Positions 16,485 through 25,826 of a stretch of 64,000 bases of DNA are shown one piece after another. The notes beneath the pieces were generated by a model that did no database searches, had not been told where the DNA came from, and was given only the letters and a program-made list of their open reading frames with translations. Origin of the DNA: an uncultured virus (IMG/VR IMGVR_UViG_3300046798_000046). Its lineage: Duplodnaviria > Heunggongvirae > Uroviricota > Caudoviricetes. The stretch is from IMG/VR virus record IMGVR_UViG_3300046798_000046, one strand, 5' to 3'. The position numbers and the translations under genes are program-made. Within the stretch, counting starts at the first letter, position 1; the number at the start of each line of letters is the position of its first letter.

Positions 16485-16826
16485 AGCCGTCCTCCCGCCG
16501 GGCACGCGGCCCCATGCGGCTCGTCGCCCCGGCTCCCGCACGCCACGCACCGCATCGCCGCCAACCGCTCGAACCCCTCCAGGCTGGCGACGTGATGTTC
16601 CACGCACGCCCGGAACGCCTCCAGCGCATTCTGGTAGCCCTGGGTCCGCGCCTCGTAGGGCGTGGTGTCCGCGTGCTTCCGCACCGCCTCGATAGCGTGG
16701 ATATAGAGAATGGCCGAGAACTGGCCCGCGCCCGCCAGGAGCCGCAACGAATCCTCCACCGTGGGACACTCTTTGCACGTCTCGCTCGCCGCGTAGATCA
16801 GCAAGCCGGTAACATCCTCACTCGTC
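16481..16826 (-). CDS. Hypothetical protein with C-terminal CxxC..H...C (distant member of paralog family); start approximate
   Basis: MTSEDVTG start after GGAG SD. Confidence 0.55.
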
Positions 16827-16883
16827 ATTTGGTCATCTCCCATAAAAGGCCCCAGGATGCCCCAGGACACGACTTCTCGCGTT

Positions 16884-17570
16884 TTATGACTCCCACTGGC
16901 GCGGCACGGGCCGTTCGCTGGTCCTGCGCTTGCCTCGCGGCGGCCTGGGGGCGTCCTCAACCAGCGGCTTCGGCACAAAGGTACACGCGCACTTGACCAT
17001 GAACACATGCGGCCCGGTGCAGGACCCCCAGTAATGCGTCTTGCCGGTCTCGGGATTGGTCTCGTAGCGTCCAATGGCCCCGCGTCCACAGGTCCGCTGG
17101 TCCCCGCCCTGGCACCGGTGCTCAATCCACTTTTTGTCGTAGCAGTTCAGGCAGCGGAAGGTCTCCTGCTCATACTCCTGGGCGGGCGGAATCCAGATCG
17201 GCTCTTCCTGGACCGGCTCGGCGCCGGGAAACTTCTTCGACCGAATCATCGCCCGCAGGTCGGCCAGGAATTTGTCCCGGATGGCCTGCCCGCGCGTGCG
17301 GGCCTCCTCAGTGATGGGAGCCGCTGGTAACGCGGGCGGATACTCAGCCTTGGCGCGAATGGCCTGCCGAATGATCTTGCAGGCTTGCACCAACTCCGCG
17401 ACCTTGGGGAACCAGACCGCTGACTGCCGCAAGCCCTCGCAGGCTTCGACCACGATGTCCGGATCGAACTCCGCGAGGTCCTCCTGGTAGACCGCGATGA
17501 CCCCCTCGTCGATGGTCTCGCGGGTCGCCACGGCCAGCATCAACAGCGCACGGCTCACGTCTTCATTCAT
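16884..17570 (-). CDS. Replication accessory protein (helicase loader/inhibitor G39P-like N-terminus) with Cys-rich C-terminus
   Basis: VY.EDL.EF....V..AC......WFPKVAEL pattern; follows the initiator gene. Confidence 0.6.
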   Translation of the reverse strand: MNEDVSRALLMLAVATRETIDEGVIAVYQEDLAEFDPDIVVEACEGLRQSAVWFPKVAELVQACKIIRQAIRAKAEYPPALPAAPITEEARTRGQAIRDKFLADLRAMIRSKKFPGAEPVQEEPIWIPPAQEYEQETFRCLNCYDKKWIEHRCQGGDQRTCGRGAIGRYETNPETGKTHYWGSCTGPHVFMVKCACTFVPKPLVEDAPRPPRGKRRTSERPVPRQWES

Positions 17571-18540
17571 CGTTTTCCTCGTCAAGCAGCCTCATGGGAT
17601 TGGCCTGTGCCGGTCTCGTCGGATGGAGCCGCTCGAACGTCTTCAGCGCGGCCACGCCGCGCGTGTCTCGGCTGTTTGGGGTCAGGTCAGGGGCGACCTG
17701 GGTGGGTTCGTCCTCCCACCGGCTGTTGTTCAGGTAGGTCGTCGGGTGCGGAATGTAAGTGCCATGGTCCTCTCTCCACTTGGGCGAGACGGCCTGCCAT
17801 GCCAATGCGGCCAAGATGGTGGCTGTCAGTTCGGTCGAGGGGGCCAGTTCGGTCCACACCCTGAAGGCTTCGGCCTTTTTCTCTTTGCGTGGGTAGGCCC
17901 TCCAGAACGCGAGGAACTCTGGCGTGTAGCCAGACTCTGGCGGCTTGGCTTTCACGCGCTTGGCGTGCCTTGGCACGACCAAGGCATGACCAAGGTTGTG
18001 CCCAGCCGGGTGGTCACTAGAAGTAGAAGCAGAGGCAGAAGTCGAAGTAGAGGCCGAAGTCGAAGCCGCCGGATTTTCCGCCCCCTTCCCAGTGTCCCCC
18101 TCTGGCACTTCCTCTGAGGCAACGCCAAGGCTTGCCTTTTCCTGGCCGGTTCTGTCCTTTTCCGGGCTGGCCGGGAAATTTCGCGGCTCGTCCTGAAATT
18201 TTCCGGCTGCATAGGCGCACGGCTCGATAGTGGATTCGGCCTCTCTCGGGTGCGTGTGCTGGTGTTTCGTGAAGGTCCGGATCCAGATTTGGCCTTGCCC
18301 AGCACTGTCCTTGTACCGGCGAATCATGTCCTTGGCGTGTAATTCCACGGCCAGGGATTCCACGTCGATGGGATCGTAGGGGAAGATGCGGACCTTCAGC
18401 CGCCGCGTGTCGTCTGCAAGGCGACCCTCCTTGTCGGCGTGCATCCACAGGCCAATAAAGAACAGGCGGGCCGGGAAGCTCAGGTCGGCCACGTCAGGGT
18501 CGTCCAGAAACTCGGGTTTGATCATGCGGCTGCGGGCCAT
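17563..18540 (-). CDS. Phage replication initiator / replisome organizer
   Basis: MARSRMIKPEF..D......ARLFFIGLW.HAD.EGR N-terminus; FW.AYPRK..K..A...W and YIPHPTTYLN..RWEDE C-terminus. Confidence 0.85.
   Translation of the reverse strand: MARSRMIKPEFLDDPDVADLSFPARLFFIGLWMHADKEGRLADDTRRLKVRIFPYDPIDVESLAVELHAKDMIRRYKDSAGQGQIWIRTFTKHQHTHPREAESTIEPCAYAAGKFQDEPRNFPASPEKDRTGQEKASLGVASEEVPEGDTGKGAENPAASTSASTSTSASASTSSDHPAGHNLGHALVVPRHAKRVKAKPPESGYTPEFLAFWRAYPRKEKKAEAFRVWTELAPSTELTATILAALAWQAVSPKWREDHGTYIPHPTTYLNNSRWEDEPTQVAPDLTPNSRDTRGVAALKTFERLHPTRPAQANPMRLLDEENDE
18019..18066. repeat. Hexamer tandem repeat inside initiator gene (candidate origin region)
   Basis: About 8 copies of (A/C)GA(A/G)G(T/C), encoding ASTSASTSTSASASTS. 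Confidence 0.5.
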
Positions 18541-19040
18541 CAGTAGAACCTCCATCTTTTCGGCAGCGAGACGATCGTCTCTCTACTGATCGCCTTGTCA
18601 TCGGCATCGATCACCGCACGAACGACAGCGTCATCGTCCACTCCGAACACGTCGGCCATTCCTTCTGCGACCGTTGGCCCGTCCACATCGAAACGGGCAC
18701 ACGGATCGGCCTGCTCCATCTCTAGCCCCAGGGCGTATCCCAAAAGCTGTTGAATGTTGGTTGATCCGATTTTTCCGATTTGGCGGTGCAGCCGCGTCAG
18801 GATGGCCTGTGCCCGGATGTGGCAGTCTTCACAGAGGGCGCTCAAGCTCTCGTCCGGGTAGTCCCAGGGCTTTCGGCCCTTCTCGTAGTAGGCGTGGTGA
18901 ACATGCAGGGGTTTGTCCTCGGCGTCACAGTGCTCGCAACGGAAGCCGTTGCGGTCGAGGATTTCAAGGCGCTTGCGCTGCCAGTTCGGGTGTTTGAGCA
19001 GGTCGGCGTAGGTCGTGCGTGTTGCGGTAGAATGGGGCAT
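18540..19040 (-). CDS. HNH endonuclease
   Basis: WQRKRLEILDRNGFRCEHC...LHVHH.YY...PWDY....L..LCEDCH. Confidence 0.85.
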   Translation of the reverse strand: MPHSTATRTTYADLLKHPNWQRKRLEILDRNGFRCEHCDAEDKPLHVHHAYYEKGRKPWDYPDESLSALCEDCHIRAQAILTRLHRQIGKIGSTNIQQLLGYALGLEMEQADPCARFDVDGPTVAEGMADVFGVDDDAVVRAVIDADDKAISRETIVSLPKRWRFY

Positions 19041-19080
19041 CACTGACCGCCTCCCATGCGGTCTGTCGGATCACTTCCGG

Positions 19081-19115
19081 GGAACCGGTGGGCGTTTGCC
19101 GCGCCCGCCGGTTCC
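19081..19115. terminator. Intergenic GC-rich hairpin
   Basis: GGAACCGGTGGGCG / CGCCCGCCGGTTCC inverted repeat; no clear U tract. Confidence 0.4.
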
Positions 19116-19134
19116 GCCTATCCTCTCACATATT

Positions 19135-19467
19135 TCATCGGCGCCGTCGTTGGGGTTCCGACTCTCGGCGCACGAGGACCTCTGGCTCCAGCGCGTCAAT
19201 CACCACGTCCGGGTTGGCGGAATTGACGACCTGGAACAGGACGGTCAAGGTCTCGCGCATCCGTCCGCGTAGCGCCTCGATCGTTCGGAGCTTCTCGGCC
19301 TCCGAGATATGGTCGGCGTGCATGATCGTTCCGTAGGCGGTCATAAACAGCGAGAGGGCCACGCACGGGGAGGACGCCGTCAGGTTCAGCAGGTCGGACG
19401 GGGTCTCACAGCGGTTGTAGGCCATCTCAATCAAATCAACGACGAGGGACGGCCCCGGGGGCGTCAT
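19135..19467 (-). CDS. Helical hypothetical protein, paralog of 15139-15516
   Basis: Start MTPPGPS (ATGA); SPCVALSLFMTAY. Confidence 0.65.
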   Translation of the reverse strand: MTPPGPSLVVDLIEMAYNRCETPSDLLNLTASSPCVALSLFMTAYGTIMHADHISEAEKLRTIEALRGRMRETLTVLFQVVNSANPDVVIDALEPEVLVRRESEPQRRRR

Positions 19468-19688
19468 CCCGCCCCCAGCATCCGGCAGCGGTCGATCTGC
19501 CATTGCACCGGGGCGGCATCGACCCCGCCCACGTCCACGAACCAGCAGTTCGAGGCCAGAATGGGGCGAATCCCGCCCTCGCTCGTTTCCACAATCGCCC
19601 ACAGGTTACTGTCGAAGGCGATGAATTGGAGGCAGACGCCCCGGCATTCGTCATCGTTCATCACATACAAGATCGGTCTCGCGTTCAT
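19464..19688 (-). CDS. Hypothetical protein
   Basis: Start MNARPIL after AGGAG SD. Confidence 0.55.
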   Translation of the reverse strand: MNARPILYVMNDDECRGVCLQFIAFDSNLWAIVETSEGGIRPILASNCWFVDVGGVDAAPVQWQIDRCRMLGAG

Positions 19689-19701
19689 CGGTGGCTCCTG
19701 A

Positions 19702-20187
19702 TTAGAAGGGAATATCCTCGTCGGTGACCTCGTCGCCTTCCCAGCTATCGCCCCTGGAGGACGGCGCGGCTGGCGGCGTGAACAGCGTGGGCGGGGCCAC
19801 CTTGCCTTCCCGGAGGCGCTTGGCCCAGCCACGCGCCCGGGCGGCGGCCTGCCGCTCGAAGGGGGCTTTGGGCTTGGGGTGGTCGCTCTTGGTCATCTCG
19901 TTGGTCCGGTCGGCCTTGTCCGCGAACCAGTCGTGCGCCTCCGCGAGTAGGTCGAGGAACTCGGGCGGGCACTGAGACATCTTGCGGTCCTTGAACGTCG
20001 GCCCCTTCCAGCCGCGCGGATTGAACCGGATCAGCGGATTCCCCCACTTCCCGTCCAGGTCTCGGTCGGTTGCGACCTCGTGCGGCACCGCCGCCGAGAC
20101 CGCTTTCGCTCGGGCGCTGGCAAGCTGCACCAGGGTCTTCAGGGACCGATCAATGGACTGCAACAGGTCTACGGCTTCGTTGCTCAT
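19702..20187 (-). CDS. Protein with SSB-like acidic C-terminal tail
   Basis: Ends DEVTDEDIPF; directly downstream of exonuclease-RecT gene; body not recognised as a canonical OB fold. Confidence 0.55.
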   Translation of the reverse strand: MSNEAVDLLQSIDRSLKTLVQLASARAKAVSAAVPHEVATDRDLDGKWGNPLIRFNPRGWKGPTFKDRKMSQCPPEFLDLLAEAHDWFADKADRTNEMTKSDHPKPKAPFERQAAARARGWAKRLREGKVAPPTLFTPPAAPSSRGDSWEGDEVTDEDIPF

Positions 20188-21899
20188 GCGCTTCTCCGTT
20201 CGTTCTCCGCTTCGTTGATTTCCCGGACCTCTTCCGGCGTGTAGAGGCCGAACAGCAGGTCCGGGTACTTGATGCGGGCCAACCGGGCGGAACACCGGGA
20301 GACCAGCATGTCTTCAGGGACTTTCACCCAGTTCGAGTTCGGCTTCACCAGACCGGCGCGGGTCGCCATCTCGATGGTGTGGGTCAGTTGCATGGGCGCC
20401 CGGTCCCCCCGCCGCCGCGTCTCGTAGGTCACGGTCGTGTCCGAGATATGGAGCGGCTCGAAGTATTCCGCCAGTCCGGACTTGAGGATGAGCGCGACCA
20501 TCAACTGCGCCGACAACGTGTGCCGCCCCTCGACGATGAAGATGCCGCGCAAGCTGCCCATCGCCGGGAGGCCAAGCTCGCGCCCCAGCATGATCGTGCT
20601 CAGGACGGCTTCCTTGGTCCCGTAGTCCTTCAGGAACATTGCGGAGTTGAACAGGTCGCCTGCCGCGATGCGGACCTCGCGGTAGTTGCGGGGCTGAATC
20701 CCCATCTCGGTCACGTCAGGCAGCATCCGCGTGGGCTTGCCGGTCACGCGGACGAGGGAGGCAGACGGCAGCACGCCAGGGGCGCCGACGAGCGTCTTCT
20801 CCGCGAACGCGGCCTGGGCCTTGGGCGGCTCTGGCCGGGTCGTGTCCCCTGGGGGTCCCGAGGGGCCTTCCGGCCCTTGCAGCCCCTTCACCGCCTCCTG
20901 GCTGGCGCCAGCGTGGACGCCGTCTTGCTTGACTTCGGGTTCACGCTCGGTCTGCGGATTGGCTCTGGCGTTTGTTGTCTGGTCAGCCTCGGCCAGAATA
21001 CCCAACAACGACGGCGGGTGGAGGTCCTGGTCGTCCTCCGGCTCGTCCTTGTACTCGTCGCCGCCCTGGTCCCAGGACGTGTCCTGTTTGGCTTCGGCGC
21101 GCGTCGGGCGGGGCTTCACGAGATCCTCCCACGGCAGCGGCACGTCCGTCCGCATCTGCACGAGCTTGCGGACGTTTGCCAACCTGGGCTGGAAATCCCG
21201 CATGACCGTCGCCTGTTTGACCGACAGGCCCATCCCACTCCCGCCCTTAGCGTTGAACTGTTCGTAGAAAGCGTCCAGGCTTCCATACTTCGCCAGGAGC
21301 GTGGCCGCGCCCTTCGGCCCGATGCCCGGTGCCCCCTTGATGTTGTCGGCTTCGTCGCCCTTCAAGGTCAGGTAGTCCACGACCTGCGAGGGCAGGACGT
21401 TCAGGCGGGACACGACACCCGACTCCCCGATCTTCTGCATCTCGCGGGTATTCAGCACCACCACGTCGCCGTTCACGTCCCGACCGACGAGCGCCAGCAG
21501 GTCCTTGTCCACGGCGGCGATCAGAACGGACTCGATGCCTGGGTCTTTCCGCGCCAGGGTGACTGCCGACGCGATCAGGTCATCAGCCTCGAAGCCCTTG
21601 ACCGCCCACACCAGGAACCCGTCCCGCCGCAAGGTCTCCTCGACGGCGTGCATGTGGGTCCACAGGGCCTCAGCCTTCTCGGTGCGGTTGGCTTTGTAGG
21701 TCGGGTCCAGGTCATGCCGGAACGTCCGTCCAGAGTCACAACACACGACCGCCATCGGATGGTCCTTGGCGATCGCGTTCACGTCCTCGACCACGCGCGC
21801 GGTCACGACGCTCAGGTCGCCCGCGCCGACCTGCATCGACCAGATCGGCCAGAAGATACCAGAGAGATCAATCAGGAGTAGTTCAGTCGGCTTCGTCAT
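20184..21899 (-). CDS. Fusion: Pol I-type 5'-3' exonuclease (FEN-like) + RecT/Red-beta-like annealing domain
   Basis: N-term LLIDLSG, FRH..DPTYKANR, EADDLIAS, DKDL, GDEADNIKGAPGIGPKGA; C-term GRELGLPAMGSLRGIFIVEGR...A.RAGL...NW...PEDML..R......YPD.L.GLYT.EE. Confidence 0.85.
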   Translation of the reverse strand: MTKPTELLLIDLSGIFWPIWSMQVGAGDLSVVTARVVEDVNAIAKDHPMAVVCCDSGRTFRHDLDPTYKANRTEKAEALWTHMHAVEETLRRDGFLVWAVKGFEADDLIASAVTLARKDPGIESVLIAAVDKDLLALVGRDVNGDVVVLNTREMQKIGESGVVSRLNVLPSQVVDYLTLKGDEADNIKGAPGIGPKGAATLLAKYGSLDAFYEQFNAKGGSGMGLSVKQATVMRDFQPRLANVRKLVQMRTDVPLPWEDLVKPRPTRAEAKQDTSWDQGGDEYKDEPEDDQDLHPPSLLGILAEADQTTNARANPQTEREPEVKQDGVHAGASQEAVKGLQGPEGPSGPPGDTTRPEPPKAQAAFAEKTLVGAPGVLPSASLVRVTGKPTRMLPDVTEMGIQPRNYREVRIAAGDLFNSAMFLKDYGTKEAVLSTIMLGRELGLPAMGSLRGIFIVEGRHTLSAQLMVALILKSGLAEYFEPLHISDTTVTYETRRRGDRAPMQLTHTIEMATRAGLVKPNSNWVKVPEDMLVSRCSARLARIKYPDLLFGLYTPEEVREINEAENERRSA

Positions 21900-21915
21900 T
21901 CAGTTGGCTCCTTCG

Positions 21916-22140
21916 TTAGGCCGCACGGCGGCGTTTGCGGGCTTTCAGTTCGGCGGGCATGTCGATGTCAATCCCGCTCGCGTAGCTCAGGGCGACCGCG
22001 ACCACCCAGGACCCGCTCATGTTGTATTCGGCCATCTGCGCGCGGACCCACTCCTTCATGGCGGGCGGGATGCAGGACGGCATGGTCTCGCGGCAAATGC
22101 GCTGGCCCTTGCGGTCATACAGCGCCGGTTGGCATTTCAC
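21916..22140 (-). CDS. Small ribbon-helix-helix-like regulator
   Basis: IPPAMKEWVRAQMAEYNMSGSWVVAVAL pattern. Confidence 0.45.
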   Translation of the reverse strand: MKCQPALYDRKGQRICRETMPSCIPPAMKEWVRAQMAEYNMSGSWVVAVALSYASGIDIDMPAELKARKRRRAA

Positions 22141-22535
22141 GGACGGCTCCCTTCTTTGAGGATTTGTTCAATGGCTGTGAGGACCGGGCACGGCTCCTCG
22201 TCCAGGTACTCAAACTCCAGGCGCGTGACCTCGATGTTTCGTGGGCATTTGTTGGCGTGCATGAACATCGAGACAAACTGCGCCGGGAGCATCCCCGGAA
22301 ATCCCTCCCGGGCGCACTCGGCCTTGGTGATGCGGTCCAGTTGTTCGCGCCGAACGGACACGATCCGAAAGAGGCCGAGGTGGGTGACATGGCCCCCCTT
22401 TCCGAGACCCTGCCCCTTCTCGATCGCGCCCAGGACCTCCCAGGGCTTGAGGTAGGCCCAGCCCAGGCGCCGGGTGACCGTCTTGGTCCGCGCCAAGAAC
22501 TGCGGCGTCGTCAGCGCGAACGACATCAGCCTCAT
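22137..22535 (-). CDS. ASCH-domain protein
   Basis: MSFALT..Q....KTVTRR.GW...L..IT..E..REGF. Confidence 0.8.
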   Translation of the reverse strand: MRLMSFALTTPQFLARTKTVTRRLGWAYLKPWEVLGAIEKGQGLGKGGHVTHLGLFRIVSVRREQLDRITKAECAREGFPGMLPAQFVSMFMHANKCPRNIEVTRLEFEYLDEEPCPVLTAIEQILKEGSRP

Positions 22536-23845
22536 GGGACCGGCGCCGGTTCCGGCTTCGGCGCTTTGACCGCGCCTGCCTCGATCAGGATGGTTTGCTG
22601 GCCGTCCGCGCCCGCGATCCGCTCCAGCCACACTTGTGAGCCGGTCTCCTCGGCAATCTCAGCCAACAGCCGCAGGTTGTTCTCGTCCAGGTCGTTCCCT
22701 GACCGGACAATCAGCACCTTGAGTTTGGGTTGCAGCGCGAGACCAATCGCGACCGACACGCGGAGGCGAATGGCGCTCGACGCCTGCTCGAAGGGGAGGT
22801 CCTGCCACGTCACCCCGCCTTCGGACAACCCGAGACCCTGGACCGGCAGCACCGCGCTCGACAGGCGGTGATGCTTCGTGGTGTCGAGGTCGTTGAGGCT
22901 CGCGGTCAGGTTGTCCACTTCGCCCTGCGCGTCATTGAACGCCGTGACGAACCCGGCATACCGCTGGTTGTCGGCCACGAGCGCATTGCGGGCCTCGATG
23001 CCTTGCAAGTTGGATCGAAGTTGGTTCCGGTCAGGCACGGCGGCTTCAGCCTGAGCCGCGACGTGCAGCGCCTGGACATGGTCGCTCTCGCGGGCCGTGA
23101 CGTTCTCCAGCGCCATGTTCACCGCGCCCCGCATCTGCGCCAGCACGGTTTCCATCCGCTGGACCTCGGCCTGCATGGTCGCGACGTACGCCTTCTCGTT
23201 CTCCAGGGCGCGTTCGGCCTTGTCTACGTTCCGTTGCGCCCCGGCGGCTGCCGCCGCCAGTTCATCGGCCTCGGCCAGCCGCCCAATCCATTCCGCGCCC
23301 GACTCCGGCTCCAGGCCGACCTCGGGATGGCGCACCGCTGACGCGAGTGCCCCCTTGGCGTTCGCCAGCGCCCGCGAGGACAGCGTCCGCTCGTCGTAGA
23401 TGCGCTTGCGCTCGATGTCCAGGTCGTCGGTGTTGATGCCTGCGAGCGCCATGAGGGTCGCCCGCTGCTCAGTGGGCTTCTGCGCCAGGAAGGCACAGGG
23501 GTCCAGCGCCACGCGCCCGACCAATCCGTCGAGCATGGCCTGGGGCGAGGGATACGTGGCCCCCTCGCGATTTTGCACCTTGAGCGTGCCGCCCCCGGTG
23601 CTGGTGATGGTGCGGGTGACGACGTAGTCGCCCAGGTCCAGGCGAATGGTGCCTTTCTTCTGGCCGCGCGTGACAGGTTCGGGCGGGATCGCCGCCGCGC
23701 CCGCCAGCGCCATCATGATCGCGTCGAGGACCGTCGATTTCCCAGCCTCGTTCTGACCCGCGATGACGACCAGGGACCCGGTCGGGGTGATTTCAACAAC
23801 AGACAGACGCTTGATGTGTTCGGCGGTGAGTTGGAGGATTTTCAT
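22532..23845 (-). CDS. SMC/SbcC-like coiled-coil ABC ATPase
   Basis: Walker A GQNEAGKS, long coiled coil, degenerate signature ASSA; Walker B region atypical (LIVRSG). Confidence 0.8.
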   Translation of the reverse strand: MKILQLTAEHIKRLSVVEITPTGSLVVIAGQNEAGKSTVLDAIMMALAGAAAIPPEPVTRGQKKGTIRLDLGDYVVTRTITSTGGGTLKVQNREGATYPSPQAMLDGLVGRVALDPCAFLAQKPTEQRATLMALAGINTDDLDIERKRIYDERTLSSRALANAKGALASAVRHPEVGLEPESGAEWIGRLAEADELAAAAAGAQRNVDKAERALENEKAYVATMQAEVQRMETVLAQMRGAVNMALENVTARESDHVQALHVAAQAEAAVPDRNQLRSNLQGIEARNALVADNQRYAGFVTAFNDAQGEVDNLTASLNDLDTTKHHRLSSAVLPVQGLGLSEGGVTWQDLPFEQASSAIRLRVSVAIGLALQPKLKVLIVRSGNDLDENNLRLLAEIAEETGSQVWLERIAGADGQQTILIEAGAVKAPKPEPAPVP

Positions 23846-23860
23846 TGGTTGCGACTATAT
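23846..23860 (-). promoter_or_regulatory. Near-leaderless promoter variant (ATATAGTCGCAACCA-ATG)
   Basis: Matches recurrent motif; TTGCAA upstream could be a -35. Confidence 0.6.
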
Positions 23861-23895
23861 CAGAAACCCTTGCAACCCTCCAACCTTTTTCTTCC

Positions 23896-24813
23896 TTAGA
23901 TGGCTCCCCGCTTGAGGCGCCAGGATTCCCACGGGCCGATCGGGGCGCGCCCGGTCAGGACAAACTCTTGCCGTTCCTCGTCTGGCCCGCCCGCCTCCGC
24001 GCACAGGTGCAGTCCGTCTTTCCCGGGTTCCCCGGACGATTGCAGCGCCACGGTCATCCCGAACTGCGGGACGTTCGCCAGCGCCTCGGCAATCATCATC
24101 TGAACCTCTTCGCGTGACAGGCCGGGTCCCTGGGGTCCGGGCGGGCCTTGCTCCCCTTGGGGTCCCTGGTCGCCGGTCTCGCCTTTGTGACCGGGTTCCC
24201 CTGGTTTTCCGTCCTGACCCTGTCCCATTTCTCCCTGCGGACCTGGGATACCTTGGGGACCGGGTGTGCCTTGCTGGCCTTCCGGTCCACGCTCGCCCTG
24301 CGGCCCCGGGGGGCCTTGCTCGCCCTGGTTCCCGCGTTCGCCGCTGCCGCCCGCAGGGCCAGTCGGCCCGGGCGGGCCTTGCGGTCCCAGGTCGCCTTGT
24401 GCCCCGCGCTCCCCGGTGGGTCCGGCCTGACCGGCAGGACCTTGCGGCCCGGGGTCGCCTTGTGGTCCGGCGGGTCCCATCTCGCCGGTCAGCCCGGTCA
24501 AGCCTTGTGACCCCTGGATGCCTTGTGGGCCTGGATCGCCGGTCGTGCCGCGTGGTCCCTCTGGGCCGGTGGGACCCTGGGGTCCTGGGTCACCCTGGGG
24601 ACCAGCAGGACCGGCGGGGCCAGTCGGGCCGGTCTCACCCTGCGGTCCAGGGGGGCCGGGTTCCCCTTGGGCGCCAGGAGGCCCGGGAATGCCACCAGGG
24701 GCACGCATGACGATCCCGTGGTCCTCGCAATCCATCACGATGTAGATGTATTCGTTCGCGTTGTTCGCGCTCGGCGGGGGCAGGGGATCGGTCGGACAGG
24801 TACAGGCCATCAC
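23896..24813 (-). CDS. Collagen-like protein (about 60 Gly-X-Y triplets)
   Basis: GPQ/GEP/GDP repeats; Cys-containing N-terminus; C-terminal LCAEAGG...R..IGPWESW fascin-like motif. Confidence 0.85.
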   Translation of the reverse strand: MMACTCPTDPLPPPSANNANEYIYIVMDCEDHGIVMRAPGGIPGPPGAQGEPGPPGPQGETGPTGPAGPAGPQGDPGPQGPTGPEGPRGTTGDPGPQGIQGSQGLTGLTGEMGPAGPQGDPGPQGPAGQAGPTGERGAQGDLGPQGPPGPTGPAGGSGERGNQGEQGPPGPQGERGPEGQQGTPGPQGIPGPQGEMGQGQDGKPGEPGHKGETGDQGPQGEQGPPGPQGPGLSREEVQMMIAEALANVPQFGMTVALQSSGEPGKDGLHLCAEAGGPDEERQEFVLTGRAPIGPWESWRLKRGAI

Positions 24814-24998
24814 TACTCCTGGATCATGGAAGGTTCAGCGGTCGGCTTGCCGCGCACGCGCTTGACCCGTTCTTCAGGTTTCCGCACGGGGATCGCCGCC
24901 GCGATGTCGCACAGAGCGCAGACCCAGCGTCCCTTGACGCGGACCATGCCTGGACCCGGCTCTGTGCGACCGCAATGTCCCATCCCGCAGCAGGGCAT
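24813..24998 (-). CDS. Small Cys-rich protein
   Basis: MPCCGMGHC...CALC. Confidence 0.45.
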   Translation of the reverse strand: MPCCGMGHCGRTEPGPGMVRVKGRWVCALCDIAAAIPVRKPEERVKRVRGKPTAEPSMIQE

Positions 24999-25000
24999 GG

Positions 25001-25783
25001 TTACCGGCGCGTTAGCCGTCGCCGCGCCATGGCCCCGATTCCCAGCAGGCCCGTGCCGAGCAAGAGCATCGACCCCGGCTCTGGCACCGTGTCCGCGCAC
25101 CCCCCCGGAGTTGCACAGGTCTGTGTCGGTACCCCGAGAGGGTCGGTCGGAATGGCGAAAATCTTGTCGGACCCGTCGTTGCCTCCGGAGAGATGGAAGC
25201 TGAACACGATCTTGTCCGCGCCTCCCGGCACCACGAACGGAATGTAGTCCGGGCCGTTCACCACGTTCTGGTCGCACCGAGGCACAGGCGAGGAGCCGAT
25301 GGGCACCGTCGTCCCCGCGCATCCCGCTGACAGGATGTAGTCCGCGTAGCCGGTGCCGTTGGCGTTACTCGCCGTGGTCCTCGGTGGCGAGAAGTCATAT
25401 GACCCCAGGAACGCATTACCCGCCGTGAAGAACTCAATCTGGAGAAAATCCAGGATCTGCGGCGTCACGGTGTCGTTGACATCGAAGCCCAGCACAAACG
25501 TGGGACCGACCACCGACAGCCACTGCGTGAACGTCGCCCCGCTGTACGTCTGCGTCAGTGGGAACGCGGGGAAAGCCCCGTCCGTGTTCTGCGTGTTCCG
25601 CGACCACCCCGCAGGGTCCTTGTTGCACCCACTCTGGCCTGGGCCGTAGAAGATGCAGGGCGAGTTCGCCGTGTTGCCGTACGTCTTGTCCGGGGCGGTG
25701 TAAATCGAAATTGGGCTGGCCGCCGCCCCGCCCGCGAGGCCCATCATCGCTGCCAGGGCCAGTCCTACATATCTGATTCTCAT
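25001..25783 (-). CDS. PEP-CTERM sorting-domain surface protein
   Basis: Signal peptide MRIRYVGLALAAMMGLAGGAAA; C-terminus VPEPGSMLLLGTGLLGIGAMARRR; AAGGAG SD. Confidence 0.92.
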   Translation of the reverse strand: MRIRYVGLALAAMMGLAGGAAASPISIYTAPDKTYGNTANSPCIFYGPGQSGCNKDPAGWSRNTQNTDGAFPAFPLTQTYSGATFTQWLSVVGPTFVLGFDVNDTVTPQILDFLQIEFFTAGNAFLGSYDFSPPRTTASNANGTGYADYILSAGCAGTTVPIGSSPVPRCDQNVVNGPDYIPFVVPGGADKIVFSFHLSGGNDGSDKIFAIPTDPLGVPTQTCATPGGCADTVPEPGSMLLLGTGLLGIGAMARRRLTRR

Positions 25784-25826
25784 AAGGCTCCTTGTGTCGG
25801 TAGTTGGGTGTTCAAGTTCGGCCCTG

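Noticed and set aside
19081..19115. c-di-GMP riboswitch (GGCAAAC)
   Set aside because: Second GEMM hairpin and tetraloop-receptor elements not evident.
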